From the IMG/VR virus record IMGVR_UViG_3300046050_000096, positions 1-32,041 of that record: 32,041 nt of DNA; one strand, given 5' to 3'. Both the position numbers and the translations under genes were made by a program. Every line of letters starts with the position of its first letter. Position 1 is the stretch's first letter. Below the pieces are notes generated by a model. It saw only the letters and a list, made by a program, of their open reading frames with translations, had not been told where the DNA came from and did no database searches. The stretch is from a virus. Its lineage: Duplodnaviria > Caudoviricetes. Of this stretch, positions 9,737-18,033 are shown in pieces.

Positions 9737-10816
9737 TCAGAGGTTGTACGTGCTGCGCAAGTCATTCAGGAGCGCGTCTTGGCGCGAGAGGGGAAAGGTC
9801 CCAGCGCCGACCAATAGGTGCGCCAGCTCGCCGTCTAAAAAATTATCATCTCTCTCAGCGCCGATGGAATACGCTCCCGTTGCTCGCCCGATGTCGCCGA
9901 TGTCGTCTTCGACGCGAGTGTCTCCGACAACCATCGAGCGCCCAGCGCCCGGCTTGTAGCTCACCAGAAACGCGAACCACTTGCCGAGTGCAATTGAGCC
10001 GGCTGGCGAGGAGATCACCGGCGCCGTTCCGATCCGCAGCGACAGTCGGTCTGAACTGTCTTGGGTATCCAGATCGATCTCCGAGGCGGTTCCGTCTGCG
10101 CCGCCCCCGATTAGCGTGTGGTTTCTGTCGCTTTTCAGCCGCGCCACGCCTGTCAAAGTGAAGCCCCATGACCCCGGCGGGAAAACCTTTGACGAGATCG
10201 AGAGCTGATCGTCGGTCCCATCGAACGTGAGGAATGAGAACGCGCCGGAGGTGTCCAGGCCCGGCGCTGCGGCGCTGGAGGGGGCCGTCGCGTCGTGTTT
10301 GAAAACTGATCCGTCGGCCCACGTGCCGCTCGAAGCGTCGTAGCTGGAGCCGTCTGCCTCGAAGGACACGCGTGGGGCCGCCGCCAGAAGCCCCGAGAAG
10401 TCCGCGCTCAGCGAGTATTCGATCTGGCTGCTGCTCTCGCCTTCGATGTCGAGTTGAGTGAGGGTGACCTGCTGCGCGTACGTCTTCGCCTCTCCGTTCC
10501 GGCGCGGCGTAAAGAAAAGCCAGTACTGATTGCCAGCCCGCTGCTGCTCATAACACGCTTCGAGCATCTGCTGCCCCTCACCGATGAATGCGCGCAGCCC
10601 GCCCGCCTCGATTGAGGAGGTTTTCTTGCCCGGTTCGCTGGTGCCATGCGGGGCGGTGTCGTCGGTACCCGTATCAATCGCCTCTGCGGCACGCGCGAGG
10701 CTTTTGGTGCGTAGCCGACCGAGCTGCAGGCGGTCTGCCGGCGCCGGCATCCCGAGCGGGTCGGGAGCCGCCGCGCTCGGCGGCGCGATCTCTACGGTGT
10801 AGTCTTGCCCCTGCAT
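9737..10816 (-). CDS. Tail tube paralogue fused to a LamG-like domain (359 aa)
   Basis: N-terminal ~145 aa aligns closely with 9239..9700 (MQGQDY, DDTAPH, EPGxKTSSIE, LTQLDxEGE, EYSxSADFSG); C-terminus aligns with that of 1..1056. Confidence 0.8.
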   Translation of the reverse strand: MQGQDYTVEIAPPSAAAPDPLGMPAPADRLQLGRLRTKSLARAAEAIDTGTDDTAPHGTSEPGKKTSSIEAGGLRAFIGEGQQMLEACYEQQRAGNQYWLFFTPRRNGEAKTYAQQVTLTQLDIEGESSSQIEYSLSADFSGLLAAAPRVSFEADGSSYDASSGTWADGSVFKHDATAPSSAAAPGLDTSGAFSFLTFDGTDDQLSISSKVFPPGSWGFTLTGVARLKSDRNHTLIGGGADGTASEIDLDTQDSSDRLSLRIGTAPVISSPAGSIALGKWFAFLVSYKPGAGRSMVVGDTRVEDDIGDIGRATGAYSIGAERDDNFLDGELAHLLVGAGTFPLSRQDALLNDLRSTYNL

Positions 10817-10824
10817 GGTCGTCC

Positions 10825-11286
10825 TTAGCGAGTAGCGTAGTGGTCAAAGCGAAAGTCCAGTACTGCGCGGCGGCGCGTGCGCCCCTCGGCGCCGTCAGCG
10901 GGCAGTTTCTGCGCGCTGTCGTGCTCCAGCTCCTGCTGGCCGTATCCCTCGACGGCGAGCGGGCGCGAGGTGAGCGCCTCCTCCGCCTGGCGAAGCGCCT
11001 GCATCAGTGCGGCCGGGCTGCCGGGGCCGCCCCGCTGGAGGTAGTGCGCCACGAGGCGAACGGTCGCCTCGTAGAGCACGCCGTCGTCGGTGTAGGAGGG
11101 GTCGCTCGTCAAAAGCTCCACGACGATGAAGGGGTCGCCGACGGCCGGCTCTTCTTCGCCGGCGGCCGGCTCGGTGTCGAAGACAGGAATCGCCTGCGAG
11201 GCCGGATGCAGGTTCAGGCGCGCCACGACCGCCTTCTGAAGCGGCTCGAACGGCGACTGGACCGGCTCGCGCGTGGAGGTAGGCAT
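10825..11286 (-). CDS. Tail terminator / tail completion protein (DUF3168-like, 153 aa)
   Basis: Position between the HK97 gp10-like gene and the tube genes; LQKAVVARL, VFD, PFIVV and terminal RAVLDFRF pattern. Confidence 0.7.
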   Translation of the reverse strand: MPTSTREPVQSPFEPLQKAVVARLNLHPASQAIPVFDTEPAAGEEEPAVGDPFIVVELLTSDPSYTDDGVLYEATVRLVAHYLQRGGPGSPAALMQALRQAEEALTSRPLAVEGYGQQELEHDSAQKLPADGAEGRTRRRAVLDFRFDHYATR

Positions 11287-11329
11287 CTATCCTTGGAGGG
11301 CTATCTCTGAAGAGCTATCCTTGGAGGGC
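11287..11329. repeat. 15-bp perfect direct repeat CTATCCTTGGAGGGC
   Basis: Copies at 11287-11301 and 11315-11329. Confidence 0.85.
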
Positions 11330-11707
11330 GCGGCGGAGGCGATTGATCGTTTCGCGGCGGTTGGACTCGAAGGCGCGTTTCATGTAGTGGCTGCCCTTCT
11401 GGTCGTAGGTGCGCCCCAATGAATCGGTGCCGCGAAAGCCAAACTCTTGGCGCGCAGCGTATTCGAGCCCGGTGTAGACCTCGCGGCCGGGCCCAGAGTC
11501 TTCGGTGGCACGCTGCGAGATGGAGTTGCGAAGGTTAGCGGTATCGACGGGCGCGTTCTCTTTCGCGTCATCGCGAATTTTGATGGCGGACGCTTCGAGG
11601 GCGTGGCCGACGCGCTGGCGCTTCTCTTTCTCTTCCTCCCCGAGCCGCGCAATCGCGCTTTCCAGCCCGTCGAGGTCGATATCGATTTCGATGTCGTCCT
11701 GTGCCAC
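11315..11707 (-). CDS. HK97 gp10-family putative tail/neck component (130 aa, GTG start)
   Basis: AKENAPVDTANLRNSI, EYAARQEFG and YMKRAFE motifs; the upstream extension in the ORF track overlaps two real genes. Confidence 0.85.
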   Translation of the reverse strand: MAQDDIEIDIDLDGLESAIARLGEEEKEKRQRVGHALEASAIKIRDDAKENAPVDTANLRNSISQRATEDSGPGREVYTGLEYAARQEFGFRGTDSLGRTYDQKGSHYMKRAFESNRRETINRLRRALQG

Positions 11708-11718
11708 GGCGGGGTCGG

Positions 11719-12045
11719 TCAGTCGTAAGAGAGCACGAGCTTTTTGTCGAGGCGCACGACGCGGGCGATTGTAGCTTCTGACTCGCCGCCACTGGGCCAC
11801 GCTATCACCACCTCGTCGCCGACCGCGAAAGCCGTCGGTTCGGGCGCGTCTTGCGGCAAGAACGCTGTCGCGTCTCCCTCTTCGGTGACGACGCCCTCTT
11901 CCGTTTGTACCCTCGATCCGCGGTCCTGCACGTCCGCCCACCCGTCGTAGACGAGCTCCTCGCCGGTGTCCTCGAAACCGCCCATCCCGTCGGAGACCGG
12001 CTGGGTCGTTTGGGTCACAAGAAGCCGGTGGTCGTAGCTCATCAT
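11719..12045 (-). CDS. Head closure / head-tail adaptor protein (108 aa)
   Basis: DGMGG motif, beta-rich, located after the connector gene with ATGA overlap. Confidence 0.7.
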   Translation of the reverse strand: MMSYDHRLLVTQTTQPVSDGMGGFEDTGEELVYDGWADVQDRGSRVQTEEGVVTEEGDATAFLPQDAPEPTAFAVGDEVVIAWPSGGESEATIARVVRLDKKLVLSYD

Positions 12046-12389
12046 GAAGCGTAGACGGTGGTGTCATCAATCTTGCGCAGGCGCCACGCCCACCCGTCCG
12101 GCCAGCGCGCGTCGAGGGCGCCTTCCGCGCGCGATTGTGCGCGGCTTCCGCGCGACTCGCTGGAAAGGGTATCGTCCTCGGCGTAGTAGCGCAGCCGGTG
12201 GCTGGCGACGTCGGCGATGGTGAGGCGAAGCGCCTCGGCCACATCTCCGACCTGCTCGTCGTCAAAGCCAGCCTTTGCGAGCACGTCCCGCTCGGCGGCG
12301 GCCGCGACCGTCTCCAGCTCGTCGTGCTCGCGCACGCTGGCGTGGAGAAGGTTCAAGTCCTCACTTTTTGCCGGGTCGAAGTAGGCCAT
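12042..12389 (-). CDS. Head-tail connector protein (115 aa)
   Basis: Helical protein with LSSESRGSRAQS segment in the usual connector position. Confidence 0.65.
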   Translation of the reverse strand: MAYFDPAKSEDLNLLHASVREHDELETVAAAAERDVLAKAGFDDEQVGDVAEALRLTIADVASHRLRYYAEDDTLSSESRGSRAQSRAEGALDARWPDGWAWRLRKIDDTTVYAS

Positions 12390-12674
12390 CTACTCTTCTT
12401 CGAGATAGGCGCGGATGTCTTCAATGGTGGAAGAGCCGATCCTGCTCACGTCATCGAGGTCCTCGTCGGAGGCGGCGTCCACCTCGTCGAGGGTCGTGAA
12501 ACGCCCGTCTTCAACGAGATGCGACCTGCCAGGGAAGTCGGAGGGCAAGTCGGTTTCGTCTTCCTCTTCTCCTTCGACTGGCTCGTAGCCATCTCTGTCC
12601 TTCAAGCGATCGAAGTGGCGCTTGGTGACGGAGTGCTCGATGCCGGAGTCCTCGTTTTTGATCACGTAGGCCAT
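12390..12674 (-). CDS. Small acidic protein with C-terminal helix-hairpin-helix-like motif (94 aa)
   Basis: ASDEDLDDVSRIGSSTIEDIRAYL resembles HhH; directly downstream of the major capsid gene. Confidence 0.6.
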   Translation of the reverse strand: MAYVIKNEDSGIEHSVTKRHFDRLKDRDGYEPVEGEEEDETDLPSDFPGRSHLVEDGRFTTLDEVDAASDEDLDDVSRIGSSTIEDIRAYLEEE

Positions 12675-12697
12675 TGGGTTCAGTCGGGCTGTTGCAG

Positions 12698-12734
12698 AAA
12701 GAAAAGTGAGCTCGGGCGCGGGCGGACCGTGCTC
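12698..12734 (-). terminator. Possible weak intrinsic terminator after the major capsid gene
   Basis: Imperfect stem GAGCACGG / CCGAGCTC followed by ACTTTTCTTT on the minus strand. Confidence 0.3.
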
Positions 12735-12740
12735 GTTCTA

Positions 12741-13748
12741 TCAGACAGTGCGCCGCAGGTCCACGAGCGCTTCCGGGCGCACCGTATGCGACCCATAGAC
12801 GTGGAGGCCGCGAATCCCGTCGCCAAACTGGTTCTCGAGGCGCATTGCCTCCATCTGCACGATCTGGTCGGCGAACGTGATGGCCGCGTTGGTGCCCAGG
12901 ACGTTGTGCTCGACGTCGTCGGTGCCGTCGTTGGCGACCTGGACGGAGTTCGACAGGAAGACGTTGAAGCCAGCGACCATCCCAATGGCGCCGGTCATCA
13001 CCACCTCGTCGCCGAGGTCGGATGCCTTGATGAACTCGTCGGCCTTGCGGAGCACGCTGAGCATGTAGGCGCTCAGCGCGGCCACGCGCCTCTGCGAAGG
13101 CACGTTCTTGGCGTCGAGGCGCTTGCTGGCTTCCACGAGCTTCGCGTAGACGTTGGCGCTGTCGATGGTCTCCTTCGCAATGACGTTGTCGGAGTGGGCA
13201 TCGACGTAGTGGCCGGCGATGTACTCGTCATCGTCGTCAGCCATCGATTCGCCGGCCTCTTCGGTGAAGGTGGAGACCAGATCGGAGTTGGACTGCACCT
13301 CGTCCACGTCATCGACCCCGAACGCGAAGTAGCGTGCCTGGTCGATGGTGAGCGTCTGTTGCGTCGAGGAAGGGTCGTCGTATGTGACGGAGCCGTTGTA
13401 GTCCTTGATCGAGATCGAGGAAGGCCGCGTGATCTGGACTGTATCGCCCTGGTCGCTGATGTCGCCCCGGTAGTCAGCGTTGGTGAGGGCGGCCATGTTG
13501 CGCGCCCTGCGCAGCTGTCGGTTGAGGTTCTGGCTCCATACCGTCGGGATGAAGTTGGACACGCTTCCGAGCGCGAGGGGCGCCGTGAAGGCGAGCCCCG
13601 TCAGCCAGTCGCCAAGCGAGCCAGCATCCAGCGAGAGACCGGCCTGCATGGCGTCGGGGCCGGCCTGGGCGGCGCAGGTGGCCGTGCCCGGCATCAGGAA
13701 GGCAACGAAGGCGAGCGCGAGGGCGAGCATCGAGAAGAAGCGCTTCAT
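12741..13748 (-). CDS. Major capsid protein (P22 coat / N4-gp56-like, 335 aa) with hydrophobic N-terminal leader
   Basis: SVSNFIPTVWS, QGDTVQI, LTIDQARYFAFGVDDVD, FGDGIRGLHVYG and VRPEALV motifs; follows the scaffold gene. ATG at 13748; an in-frame GTG at 13562 is an alternative start. Confidence 0.92.
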   Translation of the reverse strand: MKRFFSMLALALAFVAFLMPGTATCAAQAGPDAMQAGLSLDAGSLGDWLTGLAFTAPLALGSVSNFIPTVWSQNLNRQLRRARNMAALTNADYRGDISDQGDTVQITRPSSISIKDYNGSVTYDDPSSTQQTLTIDQARYFAFGVDDVDEVQSNSDLVSTFTEEAGESMADDDDEYIAGHYVDAHSDNVIAKETIDSANVYAKLVEASKRLDAKNVPSQRRVAALSAYMLSVLRKADEFIKASDLGDEVVMTGAIGMVAGFNVFLSNSVQVANDGTDDVEHNVLGTNAAITFADQIVQMEAMRLENQFGDGIRGLHVYGSHTVRPEALVDLRRTV

Positions 13749-13792
13749 GGCGCGAGGGGGTTGTGTGTGGAGGTCGAGTGAGATTTTGGGAG

Positions 13793-14578
13793 TCAGTCGG
13801 TGATGCGGCCGTCGGCGGCGGCCTGGTTGATCTCGTCGGCGTGCTCGTCGAACTCTTCGGGGCTCATCGAGGCGATCTCCTCCTCGGACCACGTGCGCTT
13901 CCCGCCGGAGCCCGCTGCACCGGGCCCGCCCTCGTAGCTGCCGCCACCGCCCTGCGGCTCTTCGTCGGCGAAAAGATTTTGCGCCTCGCCATTCTCGCGC
14001 ATCCGGCTCAGAAGGTCGGAGGCATTCGCAAATGCTCTGCCCTCGCCGCCGGGCAAGCGATTGCCTTCCGCGTCGGTGGCGACGGTGCCGTGCTCGTCGT
14101 CGTGCTCCAAGCGATCCCTGAGGCGGTGCGCCAGGTACGAGTCCGAGCCGCCTTCGAGGTACTCGGGGCGCACGCCCATCTCGCGCCCGGCCTCGATCAA
14201 GTCCGACACGAGCAGCCGGCCGCGCATCTGATCGAGCGACTCACGCAGCGGCTCGACTTCGTCCTCGCGCCACCGCTCGCGGTAGCTCTCCAGGTCTACC
14301 TCTCCTTCCTCGCCTCCGCCGTGCGCTTCGAGGACCGCCGAAATGACGCCCTCGTCTTGCGCGGCCTCGTCTCGGGGCACCATGCCCTCCGTCGCGCTCT
14401 CCTGAGCCTCGTTGCGGGCGCGAGTGACTTGCGCCTCGTGATGCTGGCGGGTGACGTGGCCCTCCGCGGCCCCAGCGGGGGTGTTGAGGCTGTGGCCGTC
14501 CGGCAGGGCGCCGGGAAGGTCCTCGGTGTCTACCTGCACCGTTTCGCCGCCGTCCGTCTCCACCTGAAAAAGAGGCAT
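13793..14578 (-). CDS. Capsid scaffolding protein (261 aa)
   Basis: Very acidic and helical, with a Gly-rich linker and C-terminal MSPEEFDEHADEINQAAADGRI; immediately upstream of the capsid gene. Confidence 0.75.
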   Translation of the reverse strand: MPLFQVETDGGETVQVDTEDLPGALPDGHSLNTPAGAAEGHVTRQHHEAQVTRARNEAQESATEGMVPRDEAAQDEGVISAVLEAHGGGEEGEVDLESYRERWREDEVEPLRESLDQMRGRLLVSDLIEAGREMGVRPEYLEGGSDSYLAHRLRDRLEHDDEHGTVATDAEGNRLPGGEGRAFANASDLLSRMRENGEAQNLFADEEPQGGGGSYEGGPGAAGSGGKRTWSEEEIASMSPEEFDEHADEINQAAADGRITD

Positions 14579-14616
14579 ATCGCCGTACGATTTGCGTCAG
14601 ATAAAAGGCTCAATAT

Positions 14617-14661
14617 CCTGTCACACACTCCGAATATGCAGCACCGACAAGAAAGTTGCAA
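14617..14661 (-). promoter_or_regulatory. Putative sigma70-type promoter for scaffold/capsid genes with downstream TGTGACAGG box
   Basis: TTGCAA (14656-14661), 17 nt spacer, CATATT (14633-14638) in an AT-rich gap; TGTGACAGG at 14617-14625. Confidence 0.5.
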
Positions 14662-14696
14662 GTATTTTCCCAAATCGTGACCCAAACTTTTGCTAT

Positions 14697-15851
14697 CTAC
14701 TCCGGCGCCGGAATTGCGTTCTCGGTGCCGAGGCGGATGTGCTCGGCGGCGCGCTCGCGTTGCCGGCGCGCGAAGTTCTCGGTGATTTCGCGCCCCTCTT
14801 CGCCGCTCCACTCGCGCAATGCCTCTGCGACTTCACTTTCGTCAGGCACCTCCGCGCGCTCCGGCTCGGGCATCGGGTCGCCCCAGTCGCTTTCGGGGCG
14901 CACGATAGCTCTGCGCCAGCACATGCAAAACGGATGAGGGTTCGCCGGCGCCACGGCTGCGGGAAAGACGCCGGCGCCTTCGCCGATGTGGTCCCACTGC
15001 TCCAGGAACGTGCAGACGTCGGGGTACCACCGCCCCTGTTCGTGCCGGCTGCTGGTCGTCCAGCGCACGTAGACGACGACGGGGCTTTTCACATTGGCGC
15101 GGTCGTCGGCGGCCGTGTGCGCATTGTTGATCTCCGTGACCGCGATACGACGAGCGTCGTAGAGGAGCGATTTCGCGCGGTTCAAGTCCCCAGAGGGCAC
15201 CTCCACGTCCTCCTCGATGGCGTCGAGCGTGCGCCCGCCCCGCGCGCCGAGGTTCGACAGGACCTCACGCAGCTCCTCGTCATCGCCGGCGAGCTCCTGC
15301 GCGATTTCGCGTGTGAGGCGCTGGTTCGACACGCCCCGCGCCACGGCCGACGTGATCGCGCGGTCAATGTCTTCGGCGGCCTCCTCAACGTTGCGGGCCA
15401 CGAGCGTCTGGAAGGTCTCCGAGATGGTGTTTTCCCCGAAGGGCAGCCCGCGCCGCGCGAACATGCCTTCCAGGGCGGCTTGGGGCACCGCCGCGAAGTT
15501 GGCGCCGACGTCAATCCCCGCCTCCTCGGAAGCGGACTCCAGCCCCTCCGCGTGGCCATCGGCAGCGAGCTGGGCAGCCTCGCGCGCGCCATTCTCGATC
15601 TGGCCGGCCCACTCGCGCCCCAGGTCGGCCATGCGTTGCCGTATGTTCGAGCGCAGGGCCTCGGCGCGCTCCTCGGTGATGCGACCTTCCTCCTGGTCCT
15701 CGACGACATCTGCAAGGAAGCGCGCGAAGCTCTCGCGCAGCTGCCGTAGCTGCTGGTCGCGCAGTCCGCCCTCGCGCAGGAGCTCCTCGCGCGAGGCGTA
15801 GAGGGCGCGCAGGTAGGCGCTCTGGACTGGCTCGGAAGCCTCGTCGGGCAT
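14697..15851 (-). CDS. Head morphogenesis / minor capsid protein (MuF, SPP1 gp7-like, 384 aa)
   Basis: ARRIAVTEINNAH, DVC and PHPFCMC motifs. Confidence 0.85.
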   Translation of the reverse strand: MPDEASEPVQSAYLRALYASREELLREGGLRDQQLRQLRESFARFLADVVEDQEEGRITEERAEALRSNIRQRMADLGREWAGQIENGAREAAQLAADGHAEGLESASEEAGIDVGANFAAVPQAALEGMFARRGLPFGENTISETFQTLVARNVEEAAEDIDRAITSAVARGVSNQRLTREIAQELAGDDEELREVLSNLGARGGRTLDAIEEDVEVPSGDLNRAKSLLYDARRIAVTEINNAHTAADDRANVKSPVVVYVRWTTSSRHEQGRWYPDVCTFLEQWDHIGEGAGVFPAAVAPANPHPFCMCWRRAIVRPESDWGDPMPEPERAEVPDESEVAEALREWSGEEGREITENFARRQRERAAEHIRLGTENAIPAPE

Positions 15852-16021
15852 CAGTTCACGTACAGGTCGAAGACATCCAGCAGGTCAGAACTGGTGCACC
15901 ACAGACTGCGCTGGTCGGCTGTCTCCAAGAAGACCGACTGCGCCCACGCCTCGGTGTGGTCACCGCAGTCGACGCTCATGTAGGCGCACCAGTACCAGTA
16001 CATGTCGGCTCGGTGCTTCAT
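15851..16021 (-). CDS. Small hypothetical protein (56 aa, Trp/Cys/Tyr-rich), absent from the ORF track
   Basis: Manual translation MKHRADMYWYWCAYMSVDCGDHTEAWAQSVFLETADQRSLWCTSSDLLDVFDLYVN; ATGA overlap upstream and TGATG overlap downstream. Confidence 0.65.
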   Translation of the reverse strand: MKHRADMYWYWCAYMSVDCGDHTEAWAQSVFLETADQRSLWCTSSDLLDVFDLYVN

Positions 16022-16260
16022 CTCATGAGCGGGGTCTTCTCGGCATTCGCCTTCTCGATGGCCACGCGCGGAGGGGCCTCATCTTGCTCGACAGCAAGGC
16101 GGAATGTGTACAGGCGCTCCCACCCAAAGAAGGACCACCAGGCGAGATGCGCGCACTGAATCCAACCCAGCGCGTTGGCCTCCGGCGTGGCCAGCCAGTC
16201 GATCAACCAGCCGCGGTTGTCCTGCGCGATCAAGCGCCGGCATATGCTTTCGGGAATCAT
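16018..16260 (-). CDS. Small hypothetical protein (80 aa, Trp-rich)
   Basis: MIPESICRRL start overlaps the previous stop (ATGA); its stop overlaps the next start. Confidence 0.6.
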   Translation of the reverse strand: MIPESICRRLIAQDNRGWLIDWLATPEANALGWIQCAHLAWWSFFGWERLYTFRLAVEQDEAPPRVAIEKANAEKTPLMR

Positions 16261-16451
16261 CCCATTTTTCGGATCTGTTCGATGATGCGCTCGGCCTTTT
16301 CGACGCGCTCGCTCGTCCATTCGGTGTCCACGCCCGGCTCGTCAGAGAACCGCAGCACGGCCGCGGCCAGGTCGGCCACGTCCATCAGCGCAAGGGCCTC
16401 TTCATCACCGTCGAGCTCAAGCGTGCGGCTGTGCTTTCCGTCTACGTCCAT
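16257..16451 (-). CDS. Small hypothetical protein (64 aa)
   Basis: Starts 9 nt after the portal stop with GAGG upstream; acidic; coupled to the next gene. Confidence 0.6.
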   Translation of the reverse strand: MDVDGKHSRTLELDGDEEALALMDVADLAAAVLRFSDEPGVDTEWTSERVEKAERIIEQIRKMG

Positions 16452-16460
16452 GTTTGGCCT

Positions 16461-17936
16461 CTATCCGCTAATGCGAGAGAATGCGTCCTGCTCTTGGGCC
16501 TGCCGGTCAGCCTGCGCGCTGGCGGCTTCCTCGACGTCTTCGCGGTCGTAGCTGACCCCGTAGTGATCGAGGATTGCCGTCGTCACCTCCACGGCCGCCG
16601 CCGTGCCCGCCGGGAGCGTGGCCGAGCGCCCGACCACCATATTTTTTAGCTTCTCGAGCTCGGCCTCCACGTCCTTCGGGGTCACGTCGGGGGAGCGCTC
16701 GACGGAGTAGACGCCCCACAGGTCAGGGCTCGACGGAAAGAGAGCCTGCTCCATGCGCCACATCCCCGCGCGCTCGAAGTCCGTCACCGGCTCGGCGAGT
16801 AGCTGAACGAAACCAGCGACGCCGCCCATGACCTCGAAGGTCATCTCCGTAGCGGTCTTCTCTTTCGCCGCATCGCCGTAGTCCTGAAACGCCTGGTGGT
16901 AGAAGTCGATGCGCTTTTGCTCCAGGCGGCCGGCGCGGATCTGGGCCGGCTCCATCGGTGGGGAGTACCAGCCGTGATCGTTGCCTTCGTTTGGCTTCTG
17001 GAGGATCGCCTCACCCTCGGCAATCGAATCGCGCACCTCATCGAAGTCGATGAAGTCGCCGGCCACGCCGAAGCGCGGCGTGCAGCCCATGCGGAGCAAA
17101 TTGTCCAGCTCCGACTCGCCGTTGAAGATGGCAAGCTGCTTGCGCGCGAGTAGGTAGCCGACCTCGCGCGGAAGCGGCATACGGTGCCGAAAAATCGGCA
17201 GGATACGCCGGCGCCTCTCGGCCGTCTCGAAGTACTCATACGAGCCGCTCTCCCCGATAGGCTTCAGGTCCTCGCCCAGCTTTTCCCAGCCTTCCAGCCC
17301 GTAGTGCGTGTAGATCGTCTCGTAGCTTTTGTCCTCCAGGACGCTCCCGGACTCGACGCGCTGGTCTTTTACGAGGACCTCGACGAGGCGCCCGCCGTCA
17401 CGCCCGACGCTTACCACGTCCTGTGGGTCGATCAGACGGATCACCGGCCGCCGGACTGTCGTCCCGTCCTCGCCGGTGACGGCCGCGTCGACGACGCCCC
17501 ACGCCTCGTGCAGGACCGTCAGGCGTGCGGCCGTCTTCCAGAGCAGGCTGGCCAGCGACGTCTCGTCCCCGTCTGCGTTGGTGCGCAGGCGATGCGCGTC
17601 GGTGCCGTCTTCGGTGGGGTCGCCCAGGCCGCGCGCGCTAAAGGCGGGCTGCCCGTTTTCGCCTTCGCCGATCTCCTCGCGCCAGGTGCGGCTCGTTTTC
17701 TCCTCGTCCTGGAAGAGCAGACCGACGAGCGCGTCGACGGCGCGGCCCAGGTCGAGCGCGGGGTCGGCCGTCTTCTTGCGCTCCTTGTAGGCGGCCGTGG
17801 CCTCCCCCTGCGCGCGCTGGATCAGGTACTGACCCACCTTTCCCTCGTGAGCGTAGGCGCCGGTGTAGACGTCCCACGCGGTGCGCCAGCGCGGGCGGCG
17901 CGCGTCGTAGACGGGATGATCAGGAGCCGTAGCCAT
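16461..17936 (-). CDS. Portal protein (491 aa)
   Basis: Follows TerL; HPVY...W...DVYTG, YLIQRAQGE..AAYKER and EKTATE motifs resemble DUF4055-type portals. Confidence 0.85.
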   Translation of the reverse strand: MATAPDHPVYDARRPRWRTAWDVYTGAYAHEGKVGQYLIQRAQGEATAAYKERKKTADPALDLGRAVDALVGLLFQDEEKTSRTWREEIGEGENGQPAFSARGLGDPTEDGTDAHRLRTNADGDETSLASLLWKTAARLTVLHEAWGVVDAAVTGEDGTTVRRPVIRLIDPQDVVSVGRDGGRLVEVLVKDQRVESGSVLEDKSYETIYTHYGLEGWEKLGEDLKPIGESGSYEYFETAERRRRILPIFRHRMPLPREVGYLLARKQLAIFNGESELDNLLRMGCTPRFGVAGDFIDFDEVRDSIAEGEAILQKPNEGNDHGWYSPPMEPAQIRAGRLEQKRIDFYHQAFQDYGDAAKEKTATEMTFEVMGGVAGFVQLLAEPVTDFERAGMWRMEQALFPSSPDLWGVYSVERSPDVTPKDVEAELEKLKNMVVGRSATLPAGTAAAVEVTTAILDHYGVSYDREDVEEAASAQADRQAQEQDAFSRISG

Positions 17937-17958
17937 GTGCAGGTTTCGACAGGTAAAC

Positions 17959-18017
17959 CCTGTCACATTTTTCTTACGAGTTACAGGTAAGGTATGCACG
18001 CGCCGGCGGCGTTGCAA
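17959..18017 (-). promoter_or_regulatory. Putative sigma70-type promoter for the portal gene with downstream TGTGACAGG box
   Basis: TTGCAA (18012-18017), 17 nt spacer, TACCTT (17989-17994); TGTGACAGG at 17959-17967; TTACCTGT occurs twice nearby. Confidence 0.5.
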
Positions 18018-18033
18018 GATCCGCCCGCGCGCA

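Noticed and set aside
12135-13781. 548-aa plus-strand ORF and similar long antisense ORFs (17935..19317, 28562..29980, 14592..15749, 4773..5735)
   Set aside because: They shadow well-supported minus-strand genes in GC-rich DNA and show no recognisable motifs.
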